Program-made: the position numbers and the translations under genes | Part shown: piece after piece, positions 55,337 to 64,000 of the stretch | Numbering within the stretch: position 1 is the stretch's first letter | Layout: the number at the start of each line of letters is the position of its first letter | Notes under the pieces: generated by a model | What the model was told of the DNA's origin: nothing | The model's database searches: none | What the model saw: the letters and a program-made list of their open reading frames with translations, nothing else | Source of the DNA: Euryarchaeota archaeon UBA557 | Lineage (GTDB): Archaea > Thermoplasmatota > Poseidoniia > Poseidoniales > Thalassarchaeaceae | NCBI GenBank assembly: GCA_002503285.1 | Contig: DARI01000006.1 | Location: forward strand, 4,068 to 68,067 | DNA length: 64,000 nucleotides | Direction: 5' to 3'

Positions 55337-56950
55337 ATGACCGAATCTGAGCACGATATAGCATTAGAAGATACGGATCGTATCAAGGGGCATGCTGCCC
55401 TCGTTAATAACGTAAAAGCCGCTGTTGCATTAGCAGGAGCAGTGAGATCAACACTCGGCCCCAGAGGTTTAGATAAAATGCTAGTTGAAGAGGGAGGGAG
55501 TACTATTGTTACTAATGATGGAGTTACGGTCCTCGAGAATGCTAAGGTTGAACATCCCACTGCTCAGTTACTAATATCTACATCTTCTTCACAAGACAAG
55601 TCGGCTAGAGATGGGACTACAACTACAGTTCTATTAATGGCTGAAATTTTACAAAATTCTTTAGAATTAGTGAGGATGGGTATTCATCCTACCGTAATTA
55701 TTAATGGCTACAGAATAGCATTAGAAGAGTCGATACTAGAATTGTCTAACATTTCAAAGGAAATTTCTGAAGATATTTCTGAATATGCTATAGTTTCAAC
55801 CTCATTAGCAGGTAAAATTGAGTCTTCAGTTACTTCTATGCTTACGAATTATGCCATAGAAGCCGCAAATATACTTTCTTCAGAAGAAGGAGGAGAGGAT
55901 TTAGAAAGATTACGAGTAAAAAGACTGCAAGTTGGCAATGGAGGAATTAAAGACTCAAAATTAATTCATGGATTAGTTTTACCAAAATCAAGATTAGACT
56001 TGGAAACACTAGCATTCTCGAATGGTGGTAAAATCGCAATAATTGATGGTGGTTTGGAAAATAAAAAAATAGATATGGACGCTTCGATAGAAATAACAGG
56101 TATCGGTTCATTAAAAGAATTTCATAATAGAGATTTAGAAAAAATAAAAATATTAGTTGAACATCTTAAATCGTTTGATATTGATTTATTAATTGTTAGA
56201 GATGGTGTGGCGGACGACGCCATTACCCCCTTGAAAAATGCTGGAATTACTACTTACAGGAGATTAGAGAGGCGAGATTTAGAATTATTATCAAAGATGA
56301 CTGGTGCTAATCCAGTAAGAAATCCTTTAAATTTAAAATTTGAGGATATAGGCAATTATACCAAACGCGCAGAGAAGTTAATTTCAGATGTTAAGCATAC
56401 CACTATTGAAGGCGATATTGGAGGAGGCATGACGTTTGTAATTAGAGGATCTAGTCCGGAAATTAGAAATGAAATGAAGCGTGCATTTGATGATGCTTTA
56501 GGTGTTGCTCATAGGCTCAAAAGAAATCCATCTATATTACCTGGAGGGGGGGCAACTCACATACATCTTGCTAGGCACCTTCGTATATTTGCTACTAGTC
56601 AATCTGGCCGTGAACAATTAGCAATTGAGGCTTATGCAGCTGCATTAGAAATAATACCAAGAGTTTTGGCGGAGAATTGCGGCATGGATCCAATTGACGC
56701 CATCTTATCATTATCTGCTGCTCAAAATAATCAATTAGAAGACGGTCCGTGGATAGGACTAGATGTTCAGTCAGGTAAAAATATCAATATGATTGACGCA
56801 GGAATATTAGATCCATTATTTGTAGCGAAACACGCATTAACTGGAGCGACTGAAGCGGCCATAAATGTTCTTCGTATAGATGATGTATTGTGGGCAAAAC
56901 AGGAAGCTCAAACTCCGGATTGGCAAAATGAACTAACGGAAGAAGATTGA
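55337..56950 (+). CDS. ths: Thermosome subunit (group II chaperonin, Cpn60/TCP-1 family)
   Basis: It has '[14 protein letters not shown]', 'TNDGVTVL', '[15 protein letters not shown]', '[11 protein letters not shown]' and '[17 protein letters not shown]'. The start is trimmed to the ATG at 55337. Confidence 0.93.
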   Translation: MTESEHDIALEDTDRIKGHAALVNNVKAAVALAGAVRSTLGPRGLDKMLVEEGGSTIVTNDGVTVLENAKVEHPTAQLLISTSSSQDKSARDGTTTTVLLMAEILQNSLELVRMGIHPTVIINGYRIALEESILELSNISKEISEDISEYAIVSTSLAGKIESSVTSMLTNYAIEAANILSSEEGGEDLERLRVKRLQVGNGGIKDSKLIHGLVLPKSRLDLETLAFSNGGKIAIIDGGLENKKIDMDASIEITGIGSLKEFHNRDLEKIKILVEHLKSFDIDLLIVRDGVADDAITPLKNAGITTYRRLERRDLELLSKMTGANPVRNPLNLKFEDIGNYTKRAEKLISDVKHTTIEGDIGGGMTFVIRGSSPEIRNEMKRAFDDALGVAHRLKRNPSILPGGGATHIHLARHLRIFATSQSGREQLAIEAYAAALEIIPRVLAENCGMDPIDAILSLSAAQNNQLEDGPWIGLDVQSGKNINMIDAGILDPLFVAKHALTGATEAAINVLRIDDVLWAKQEAQTPDWQNELTEED

Positions 56951-56951
56951 G

Positions 56952-57905
56952 TTAATCACTAAGGTTATCAAGCATAGAATCGACAATTCTATTCAAATCA
57001 TATTTTGCTTTCCAACTCCAGTCTTCTTTTGCAAATGAATCATCGATTGAATCTGGCCATGAATCAGCATATTTTTGCCTAATATCTGGAAAGAAATTGC
57101 ATGTGAAACCATCAACTTTATCTTTAATTGCATCGACTAATTCTTGAGCAGTAAATGATAGTCCAGATACATTATATCCTGGCCTAGATTTTCCAATTGA
57201 TTCGATTGGAGAATCCATCAGTTCCAAAGTAGCTCTAATTGCATCATCCATATACATCATTGGCAATCTTGTTTCTGGCTTAACAAAGCAATCATAATGT
57301 CCGTGATTTAATGCAGCTTGGAAAATCTCGACTGCATAATCAGTAGTCCCTCCTCCCGCCGGAGATTTCCAAGAAATTAAACCAGGATATCTGAGCCCCC
57401 TAGCATCTACATTATATTTTGTCCAATAGTCATTAATTAAATTCTCGCCAATAACTTTGGTTTCACCATAAACAGTAGTTGGGTTCAGAGGAGTATTTTG
57501 AGGGGCATGTTTTGGGGCTTCTGGACCAAAAACAGCTATTGAAGATGGGGCATAAACTTTCAAATTATTGGACTTGGCTGTTTCCAAGACTGAAATCACG
57601 CCCCCAATATTTATTTTCCTGCATAAGTCTGGCTTTTTTTCTCCGACAGCAGACAGCATTGCTCCCAAATGAAATATTTTTCTTATATCATAATCTTTTA
57701 CAATTTTGTCCATAGAATCAATATCAAGAACACTCAATAATTCAAAAGGCCCATTAGTTACTCCAGAGTGGCCTGAAAGTTGCCTGATATCTGTTGCCAA
57801 AACATTTTCATTACCATATCTTTGTCTCAATTCATCTACTAAGTCAGTACCTATTTGCCCCAAAGCACCCGTGACCATGATACGGTTTACTTCCGGCGCG
57901 AACAT
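56952..57905 (-). CDS. NAD-dependent epimerase/dehydratase-fold SDR, probably L-threonine 3-dehydrogenase (SDR type)
   Basis: 317 aa. 'IMVTGALGQIGTDLVDELRQRYGNENVLATDI', 'YGETK' (YxxxK) and the overall layout resemble extended-SDR TDH enzymes. Substrate specificity is not certain. Confidence 0.65.
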   Translation of the reverse strand: MFAPEVNRIMVTGALGQIGTDLVDELRQRYGNENVLATDIRQLSGHSGVTNGPFELLSVLDIDSMDKIVKDYDIRKIFHLGAMLSAVGEKKPDLCRKINIGGVISVLETAKSNNLKVYAPSSIAVFGPEAPKHAPQNTPLNPTTVYGETKVIGENLINDYWTKYNVDARGLRYPGLISWKSPAGGGTTDYAVEIFQAALNHGHYDCFVKPETRLPMMYMDDAIRATLELMDSPIESIGKSRPGYNVSGLSFTAQELVDAIKDKVDGFTCNFFPDIRQKYADSWPDSIDDSFAKEDWSWKAKYDLNRIVDSMLDNLSD

Positions 57906-58012
57906 GTTACTCGGTAAGGTACTGGATAAATGAACCTAAAGTAACATTGTTACATTTCGTCATAGACAATGTTGATATGTCTAGCATACACGCTTTTGAC
58001 CCTGTTGATTAG

Positions 58013-59668
58013 ATGAAGTATGTTGTTGTAACCGGAGGAGTGCTGTCAGGACTAGGAAAAGGAGTTACTGCGAGTAGTATAGGAGTATTACTAAAATCAG
58101 CAGGATTGAGCGTTACTGCAATAAAAATAGATCCATATGTAAATAGTGATGCTGGAACCATGAGTCCGTTTGAGCATGGAGAGGTTTTTGTCCTAGATGA
58201 TGGGGGCGAAGCTGATCTTGACCTTGGTAATTATGAGAGATTTTTAGATATTGCACTTTCTAAAGATAATAATATTACAACAGGTAAGGTTTACTCGTCA
58301 GTCATAGAAAGGGAAAGAAGAGGCGATTATTTAGGAAAAACAGTACAGGTTGTCCCTCACATAACAGATGAAATTCAAGACTGGATTGAGAGAGTATCTC
58401 ATTTGCCGAGTGATAATACAGATTCCGTCCCAGATGCTTGTGTGATTGAGCTAGGGGGCACAGTTGGGGATATTGAAAGTGCCCCGTTTATTGAATCTTT
58501 AAGGCAGTTTCAATTTAGAGTAGGGAAAGAAAACATATGTTTTGTCCATGTTAGCTTAGTTCCTGTAATGGGGCCTGTTGGTGAACAGAAGACAAAACCT
58601 ACTCAACATACGGTCAAGGAGTTAAGGGGATTAGGAATAATTCCCGATATTTTGGTATGTAGATCTGAGGTCCCATTAGTTGAAGATACACGTGAAAAAT
58701 TATCTGCTTTTTGCCATGTATCTCCCAAAGCCGTTGTCTCTGCCCATGATGTTTCAAATATCTATCAAGTACCAATTATGATGGAAAAACAAGGCGTAAG
58801 TGAAATACTATCTAATAAACTTGATTTTAAATTACCGGAGGATAGGAGTTTATTGGTTAATTGGAAAATTATGGCCGATCACGTTGATTCTTTGGAAGAG
58901 GAAGTACATATTGCAATGGTAGGTAAATACACCGGATTATCAGATTCTTACCTCAGTGTGATAAAGGCCTTACAGCATTCATCTTATAATGTAGGTAGAA
59001 AATTAATTATTGATTGGATAGAGTCAGTGAATCTCGAAGATGAAATTAAAAAATCAGATTCTAAAATCTATAATCATTCTTGGAAATTATTAAAAGAAGC
59101 CGATGGAATCTTAGTTCCTGGAGGATTTGGGAGCAGAGGTATTGAAGGTAAAATTCTCGCAGCCAAGTACGCTAGAGAGAATAAAGTACCTTATCTAGGA
59201 GTGTGCCTAGGATTGCAGATTGCAACAATTGAATTTTGTAGGAACGTACTCGGAATAAAGAATGCTAATTCAACTGAGTTTGTTGAGGATTCAGAAAATC
59301 CTGTTATTATTTTTATGCCAGAAATATCCAAAACACACATGGGAGGTACTATGAGACTTGGAACCAAACCCACTCCTTTTTTGGTTGAGGACTGTAAAAT
59401 ACGTAGATTATATGGAAATAAACCATACGTTGATGAAAGGCATAGGCATAGATATGAAGTTAATCCTAAGTTAATAGACAGGATTGAAAGTGCTGGATTA
59501 ATTTTTGTCGGCAAGGATGAAACTGGTCAGCGATGCGAGATAATGGAATTGAATGATCATCCATATTACGTCGGTACGCAATATCATCCAGAATTTAAAT
59601 CGAGACCCAATAGGCCAAGTCCTCCTTTTCTTGGATTATTAAAAGCAGCCTGTGGTATTGAAATCTAA
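58013..59668 (+). CDS. pyrG: CTP synthase
   Basis: 551 aa. It has '[16 protein letters not shown]', '[21 protein letters not shown]', 'GVCLGLQ' with the glutaminase Cys, and 'HRHRYEVN'. Confidence 0.97.
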   Translation: MKYVVVTGGVLSGLGKGVTASSIGVLLKSAGLSVTAIKIDPYVNSDAGTMSPFEHGEVFVLDDGGEADLDLGNYERFLDIALSKDNNITTGKVYSSVIERERRGDYLGKTVQVVPHITDEIQDWIERVSHLPSDNTDSVPDACVIELGGTVGDIESAPFIESLRQFQFRVGKENICFVHVSLVPVMGPVGEQKTKPTQHTVKELRGLGIIPDILVCRSEVPLVEDTREKLSAFCHVSPKAVVSAHDVSNIYQVPIMMEKQGVSEILSNKLDFKLPEDRSLLVNWKIMADHVDSLEEEVHIAMVGKYTGLSDSYLSVIKALQHSSYNVGRKLIIDWIESVNLEDEIKKSDSKIYNHSWKLLKEADGILVPGGFGSRGIEGKILAAKYARENKVPYLGVCLGLQIATIEFCRNVLGIKNANSTEFVEDSENPVIIFMPEISKTHMGGTMRLGTKPTPFLVEDCKIRRLYGNKPYVDERHRHRYEVNPKLIDRIESAGLIFVGKDETGQRCEIMELNDHPYYVGTQYHPEFKSRPNRPSPPFLGLLKAACGIEI

Positions 59669-60813
59669 TCAATAGAAACTGGTAAAACTCGAGTGGTACG
59701 ATATCCTTGCAGTACCTTCATGTACTTTTTTAAAGCAAAATCAGAGTCCAAATCTTCATCTCCTGTCTCTATTCTTAATTTTCTTACAGTCAAAAGTTTT
59801 GCGGGAGTAACTATTCCCAGAATGTTATCAATTCCTATTTTACGAATTACGTTTGGAGATAATTGTAAATTACCTCTTCCAATCAAAAAACCTTGCCCCC
59901 CCATTGGAGAAAGTAAAACTATTATTTCTCCCTTGTGTAATGATATTATTTCTAACAATCCCTTTTCATCCAAATCCATTCCGATTATTTTTTTCCCAAG
60001 TGTTGCATCCATTCCAAGCGTAGTTAAAGTAAAACCTAAAAACTCTCCAATTGTACTTAATGTTCCCCCTGAACCCCATATTATTAATGTATTATCATTA
60101 AGAAGAATTTCATTTATATGATCTGCTAAACCTTCAATAATCTCCTCTTCACCAGATATCTCAACCCTCTGTTTGGAGCCTTGCATCCAACGAGGACTTG
60201 AGGGCGTAATGGCTTCGGCATAATGTCTAACAACCCAATCACCATTTCTGTAACGTTCTTCATCTAAATCTAAAACTTCAGTACTTGCAACTAGCAAGTC
60301 ACCTCTCATCCAAGCAGAAAGAACTTCGGCAGCCGCCTTAGGAGAAGCAGCGAAAGATCCAGAATACATTTTTACTCCCGTAGGAACTCCTATTACTGGT
60401 TTTTTAGGGCAACCCAATTTGTCTAATTCCGCCATAATATCACGAGTGGTTCCATCACCACCTGCATAAATAAGTAAATCTATTCCATTCTTAATTACAT
60501 CTTTAACAGCATTTTGAGTATCATTAAAAGTAGTATCTCCTGAAGATTCGTGAACTTCAATTATTGAGCCAATATTAGCCCCTAAAGGTATCCAATCTGT
60601 ACCCATTCTACCCTTACTAGTTATCCATGATATGTCTTCAAACTTTCCACGATATAAATTTAGAAAATGATTTAGAAATAATTCAAGCCTTGGCCCAGAT
60701 CTATCGCTTGCTCCAAGAGATCTGGCGATCTCTGCCTGGCCGTCTGAACCTTTGAGGCCAAGTTTTCCTCCTAATCCTGCATCCGGATTTACAATCAACC
60801 CTAACCTAAACAT
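59665..60813 (-). CDS. ATP-NAD kinase-fold protein (COG3199-like, predicted polyphosphate/ATP-dependent NAD kinase)
   Basis: 382 aa. It has '[13 protein letters not shown]' and '[14 protein letters not shown]' (GGDGT motif). Its stop overlaps the pyrG stop by 3 nt in a convergent arrangement. Confidence 0.6.
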   Translation of the reverse strand: MFRLGLIVNPDAGLGGKLGLKGSDGQAEIARSLGASDRSGPRLELFLNHFLNLYRGKFEDISWITSKGRMGTDWIPLGANIGSIIEVHESSGDTTFNDTQNAVKDVIKNGIDLLIYAGGDGTTRDIMAELDKLGCPKKPVIGVPTGVKMYSGSFAASPKAAAEVLSAWMRGDLLVASTEVLDLDEERYRNGDWVVRHYAEAITPSSPRWMQGSKQRVEISGEEEIIEGLADHINEILLNDNTLIIWGSGGTLSTIGEFLGFTLTTLGMDATLGKKIIGMDLDEKGLLEIISLHKGEIIVLLSPMGGQGFLIGRGNLQLSPNVIRKIGIDNILGIVTPAKLLTVRKLRIETGDEDLDSDFALKKYMKVLQGYRTTRVLPVSID

Positions 60814-60865
60814 AGTATCCGGTAGGGATAGACGTTATTATCGCTACATACCCGTTGCGCAAGAC

Positions 60866-61774
60866 ATGAGGGTCGTTGTTGCACTAGGGGGAAATGCACT
60901 GTTGCGTAGAGGAGAGGCTTTAACATCTGAAAATCAAAGAAGAAATGTGAAGATTGCTGCAAAATCAATTGCACCTCTGATTAGTAAATATCAGGTAGTA
61001 ATAACACATGGTAATGGCCCACAAGTTGGCCTATTATCACTTCAATCATCAGCATATAAAGAAGTCAAATCTTATCCTTTAGATGTTTTAGGAGCCCAAA
61101 CAGAAGGTATGATTGGATATATGATTGAGCAAGAGTTGGGGAACTTACTACCAATTGAAGTTCCCTTTGCAACACTATTAACAATGGTCGAGGTCGATCC
61201 AGAAGATCCTGCGTTTGATAACCCGACAAAACCAATAGGTCCAGTTTATACAAAGAAAGAAGCACAAGAATTGGCCAAGCAAAGAGGTTGGACAATAGCG
61301 CCTGATGGAGATAAATGGAGGAGAACGGTGCCTTCCCCAATTCCTCAAAGGATTTTTGAATTAAGGCCCATCCATTGGTTATTAGAAAAAGGGACAGTAG
61401 TAATTTGTGCTGGCGGAGGCGGGATTCCGACGATGTATGAAAAAGATGGCACATTGAAGGGCGTTGAAGTAGTCATAGACAAAGACAGAGCTAGTGCATT
61501 ATTAGCAATACAAATTAACGCAAGAGTATTGATTTTGGCGACTGATTCCGATGGAGTTTACTTAGATTGGGGGACTAAAGATGCAAGAAAATTAGATAAA
61601 ATTACGCCACAGGAAATTGAAAAATATAAATTCGATGAGGGGTCAATGGGCCCCAAGGTCGAAGCCGCATGTGATTTTGTAAATAAAACAGGAGAAAGAG
61701 CTGTGATTGGATCTTTAACAGACCTAGAAAAAATGATTGCTGGCGAGGCCGGTACACAATTCATTATCTCTTAA
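60866..61774 (+). CDS. arcC: Carbamate kinase
   Basis: It has '[17 protein letters not shown]', '[10 protein letters not shown]', '[11 protein letters not shown]' and 'GGGGIP'. The start is trimmed to the ATG at 60866. Confidence 0.9.
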   Translation: MRVVVALGGNALLRRGEALTSENQRRNVKIAAKSIAPLISKYQVVITHGNGPQVGLLSLQSSAYKEVKSYPLDVLGAQTEGMIGYMIEQELGNLLPIEVPFATLLTMVEVDPEDPAFDNPTKPIGPVYTKKEAQELAKQRGWTIAPDGDKWRRTVPSPIPQRIFELRPIHWLLEKGTVVICAGGGGIPTMYEKDGTLKGVEVVIDKDRASALLAIQINARVLILATDSDGVYLDWGTKDARKLDKITPQEIEKYKFDEGSMGPKVEAACDFVNKTGERAVIGSLTDLEKMIAGEAGTQFIIS

Positions 61775-61850
61775 TCTATAGTTTACATATTGTTTTTTAT
61801 AAATGTCTTCATATCATAAAGGTTTCTCGCCTTTAATAGAGGAGTCTCCC

Positions 61851-63803
61851 ATGTCAATGCTAAATGTTGAAATTGACAATAATGAAGTTCGTCAATATGA
61901 AGCTGGAATTACTTTTGGAGATATCATTAAAGATGTTTTTGGACGTAAATCTGGTTCAGTTGCAGTATTTGTAAATGGCATAGAAAAAGATATGTCACAG
62001 TTTCTTGAAACGGACTGTAAAATAGAGCCAATCTATGGTGAATCTGATGCGGGATTGTATATCCTAAGACATTCATGTGCACACCTACTGGCGCAGGCAG
62101 TAACAGAATTGTTTCCGTATGCTAAACCTACAATCGGCCCTCCAATCGATCATGGATTCTACTATGATTTTTATATGGATTCAATTGGTGATGAAGAATT
62201 AAAAAAAATTGAAAAAAGAATGAGAGAAATAATGAAGAAAAATCAACCAATTTCAAGAGAAGAACACAATAATGAATCATTACGAGAGATATTTATAGAT
62301 AATCAATTTAAGCTAGAAATTATTGATGAAAAAATAGGACATGAAATAGGTTCATCGATATATAAACAGGGAAATTTTGTTGATTTATGCAGGGGCCCTC
62401 ATGTTTCTTTTACATCTCAATTACGATGGTTTAAGTTAACTAGTACTAGTCAAGCATATTGGCGCGCTGACTCTAAAAAAGAATCATTAACAAGAATATA
62501 TGGCATGTGTTTTGCGACTAAAGAAGGATTAAAAAATAGGGAAAAGCAACTGCAAGAAGCTGCTAAAAGGGATCACAAAAAAATAGGTAAAGAAATGGAA
62601 TTATACATGATTGATGAGATGATTGGTAGAGGATTACCAGTGTGGCTGCCAAATGGAGAAATAATAAAGTCATCAATTGAGAATTTTGCTCTAGAAACAG
62701 AAGATAGATATGGATACCAGCGCGTAACAACTCCCGTATTGGGAAAAAAACAACTTTTTGAAACAAGTGGGCATTTACCCCATTATGCAGAGGGTATGTA
62801 CCCTCCAATGAAAATGGACGATGGAGAATATTATCTCAAAGCAATGAATTGTCCAATGCATCACTTGGTTTATAGAAATAAAAAACGATCCTATAGAGAT
62901 TTACCGATTAGAATTGCAGAATATGGTACAGTTTATAGAAATGAATTATCCGGTACTTTAGCTGGATTACTAAGAGTCAGAATGCTATCAATGAATGATG
63001 CTCATATCTATTGTACTTTGGATCAGGTGGCTGAAGAGTTTGCTAATAATATAAAGATGGTACAAGATTATTACAAAACATTTGGATTTGAAGATTATTA
63101 TTTTAGACTTTCTTTATGGGATTCCGAAAATAAAAATAAATATATTGATCAACCGGAAAACTGGGAAGCCACACAAAATCATCTGAGAAGCATATTGGAC
63201 GATTTGGGAGTCCCTTATGAAGAAAGTATTGGTGAAGCTGCATTCTATGGTCCGAAAGTTGACATACAGTTTACAACAGCAATAGGACGAGAAGAATCAA
63301 TGTCCACAATTCAGTTAGATTTCGCAGCTAAAGAACGTTTTGGATTGACATATACTGATGAAACTGGGTCAGATAATGATGAAGTTTTCGTAATTCACCG
63401 CGCGCCACTTTCAACTCATGAAAGATTTGTTGCCTTCTTAATAGAGCATTGGTCAGGTAATTTTCCTACTTGGCTATCTCCAATTCAAGTACAAATTATA
63501 ACAATCTCTGAGAAACATCAAGAATATGCCAATAATTTGGCGCAGATTCTTAAGGAAGTAGGAATAAGGGCAAATACGGATACTTCAGATAACACGATTG
63601 GTAAGAAAATAAGAATGCACAGAACCATGAGGCCAGCATATATGGTAATTATTGGTGATGAAGAATCAATCAATGGAACTGTTTCAATTAGAGCCAGAGA
63701 TGGGCGTCAGAGAAATGGAATGGCATTGGATGAATTTATTGAAGAAATTTCATTAGAAAATACTAATCGTAAAACTACATTAGATTTGGTAAAAGATAAA
63801 TGA
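61851..63803 (+). CDS. thrS: Threonyl-tRNA synthetase, bacterial/eukaryotic-type domain layout (TGS + N2 editing + class II core + anticodon-binding)
   Basis: It has 'RHSCAHLLAQAV' (HxxxH editing motif), 'YWRADSKKESLTRIYG', 'FRNELSGTLAGLLRVR' and 'HRAPLSTHERF'. I prefer the ATG at 61851, which has GGAG 6 nt upstream; the track maximum starts at 61803. Confidence 0.93.
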   Translation: MSMLNVEIDNNEVRQYEAGITFGDIIKDVFGRKSGSVAVFVNGIEKDMSQFLETDCKIEPIYGESDAGLYILRHSCAHLLAQAVTELFPYAKPTIGPPIDHGFYYDFYMDSIGDEELKKIEKRMREIMKKNQPISREEHNNESLREIFIDNQFKLEIIDEKIGHEIGSSIYKQGNFVDLCRGPHVSFTSQLRWFKLTSTSQAYWRADSKKESLTRIYGMCFATKEGLKNREKQLQEAAKRDHKKIGKEMELYMIDEMIGRGLPVWLPNGEIIKSSIENFALETEDRYGYQRVTTPVLGKKQLFETSGHLPHYAEGMYPPMKMDDGEYYLKAMNCPMHHLVYRNKKRSYRDLPIRIAEYGTVYRNELSGTLAGLLRVRMLSMNDAHIYCTLDQVAEEFANNIKMVQDYYKTFGFEDYYFRLSLWDSENKNKYIDQPENWEATQNHLRSILDDLGVPYEESIGEAAFYGPKVDIQFTTAIGREESMSTIQLDFAAKERFGLTYTDETGSDNDEVFVIHRAPLSTHERFVAFLIEHWSGNFPTWLSPIQVQIITISEKHQEYANNLAQILKEVGIRANTDTSDNTIGKKIRMHRTMRPAYMVIIGDEESINGTVSIRARDGRQRNGMALDEFIEEISLENTNRKTTLDLVKDK

Positions 63804-63813
63804 TATTGATAGC

Positions 63814-64000
63814 ATGATTGTAAATATTGCAGGATATAGATTTGTGGACCTCCACGATCCTGAAGAAATGAAAGTACGTTTTTTGGAAGAATGCTTAGAT
63901 TTAGAATTAAAAGGAACTGTTTTGTTAAGTTATAATGGAATAAATTTTTATGTAGCAGGACTACAAAAATCGATTGATGAATTTGTAAAATTTATTGAGT
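63814..64000 (+). CDS. trhO: Rhodanese-related tRNA uridine(34) hydroxylase TrhO/UPF0176 (YceA-like), 5' fragment running off the window
   Basis: Hand translation gives MIVNIAGYRFVDLHDPEEMKVRFLEECLDLELKGTVLLSYNGINFYVAGLQKSIDEFVKFIE. This matches the N-terminal UPF0176 pattern (..AaYkFv.l.d...lr..l...c....lkGTiLla.EGIN..laG). It is not in the ORF track because no stop codon falls within the window. Confidence 0.65.
   Translation, partial: MIVNIAGYRFVDLHDPEEMKVRFLEECLDLELKGTVLLSYNGINFYVAGLQKSIDEFVKFIE

Overview
This window is densely coding and visibly AT-rich (GC not computed). I call about 60 protein genes and one tRNA. I found no rRNA, CRISPR array, transposase or integrase. All family calls come from reading motifs in the supplied translations; no searches were run. 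Several starts were moved by eye from the ORF-track maximum to the first plausible ATG.

The gene content looks like a planktonic photoheterotrophic euryarchaeon, most consistent with Marine Group II (Ca. Poseidoniales); that assignment is an inference.
- Archaeal hallmarks: thermosome, Bud32, Taw1 (wyosine radical-SAM enzyme), an archaellin-type protein, and tRNA-Gly with discriminator A73.
- Bacterial-type genes alongside them: DnaK, and a ThrRS with TGS plus an HxxxH editing domain.
- Lifestyle genes: a proteorhodopsin-like pump, secreted peptidases, two enoyl-CoA hydratases with an aldehyde dehydrogenase, and large surface proteins.
- Housekeeping genes: ileS, thrS, pyrG, guaB, msrA, pdxH, nadE, nadA, arcC, an agmatinase, pepA, an Mrp/ApbC homologue and an arsC-like gene.

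Most interesting observations:
1. The rhodopsin has Asp-Thr-Lys on helix C, with Lys where proteorhodopsin has the Glu proton donor.
2. An archaellin-family protein carries an embedded beta-gamma-crystallin domain with Ca-binding-type motifs.
3. A 1028-aa protein fuses about 24 MORN repeats to a C-terminal Ser/Thr kinase.
4. A Met-rich Hsp20-like gene sits in the position grpE normally occupies, directly upstream of dnaK. It is divergent from the thermosome gene across a 126-nt region that contains a palindrome.
5. A same-strand membrane module encodes an HMA-DUF4396 protein, a GIDE-like protein and LemA.
6. A 268-aa protein has a possible tandem histone fold.
7. An Arc-type ribbon-helix-helix gene follows an SPFH gene and is missing from the ORF track.
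8. A perfect 4 x 27-nt tandem repeat encodes PNPPGLPPL.

None of these is proven novel. Each needs a database or structure check.
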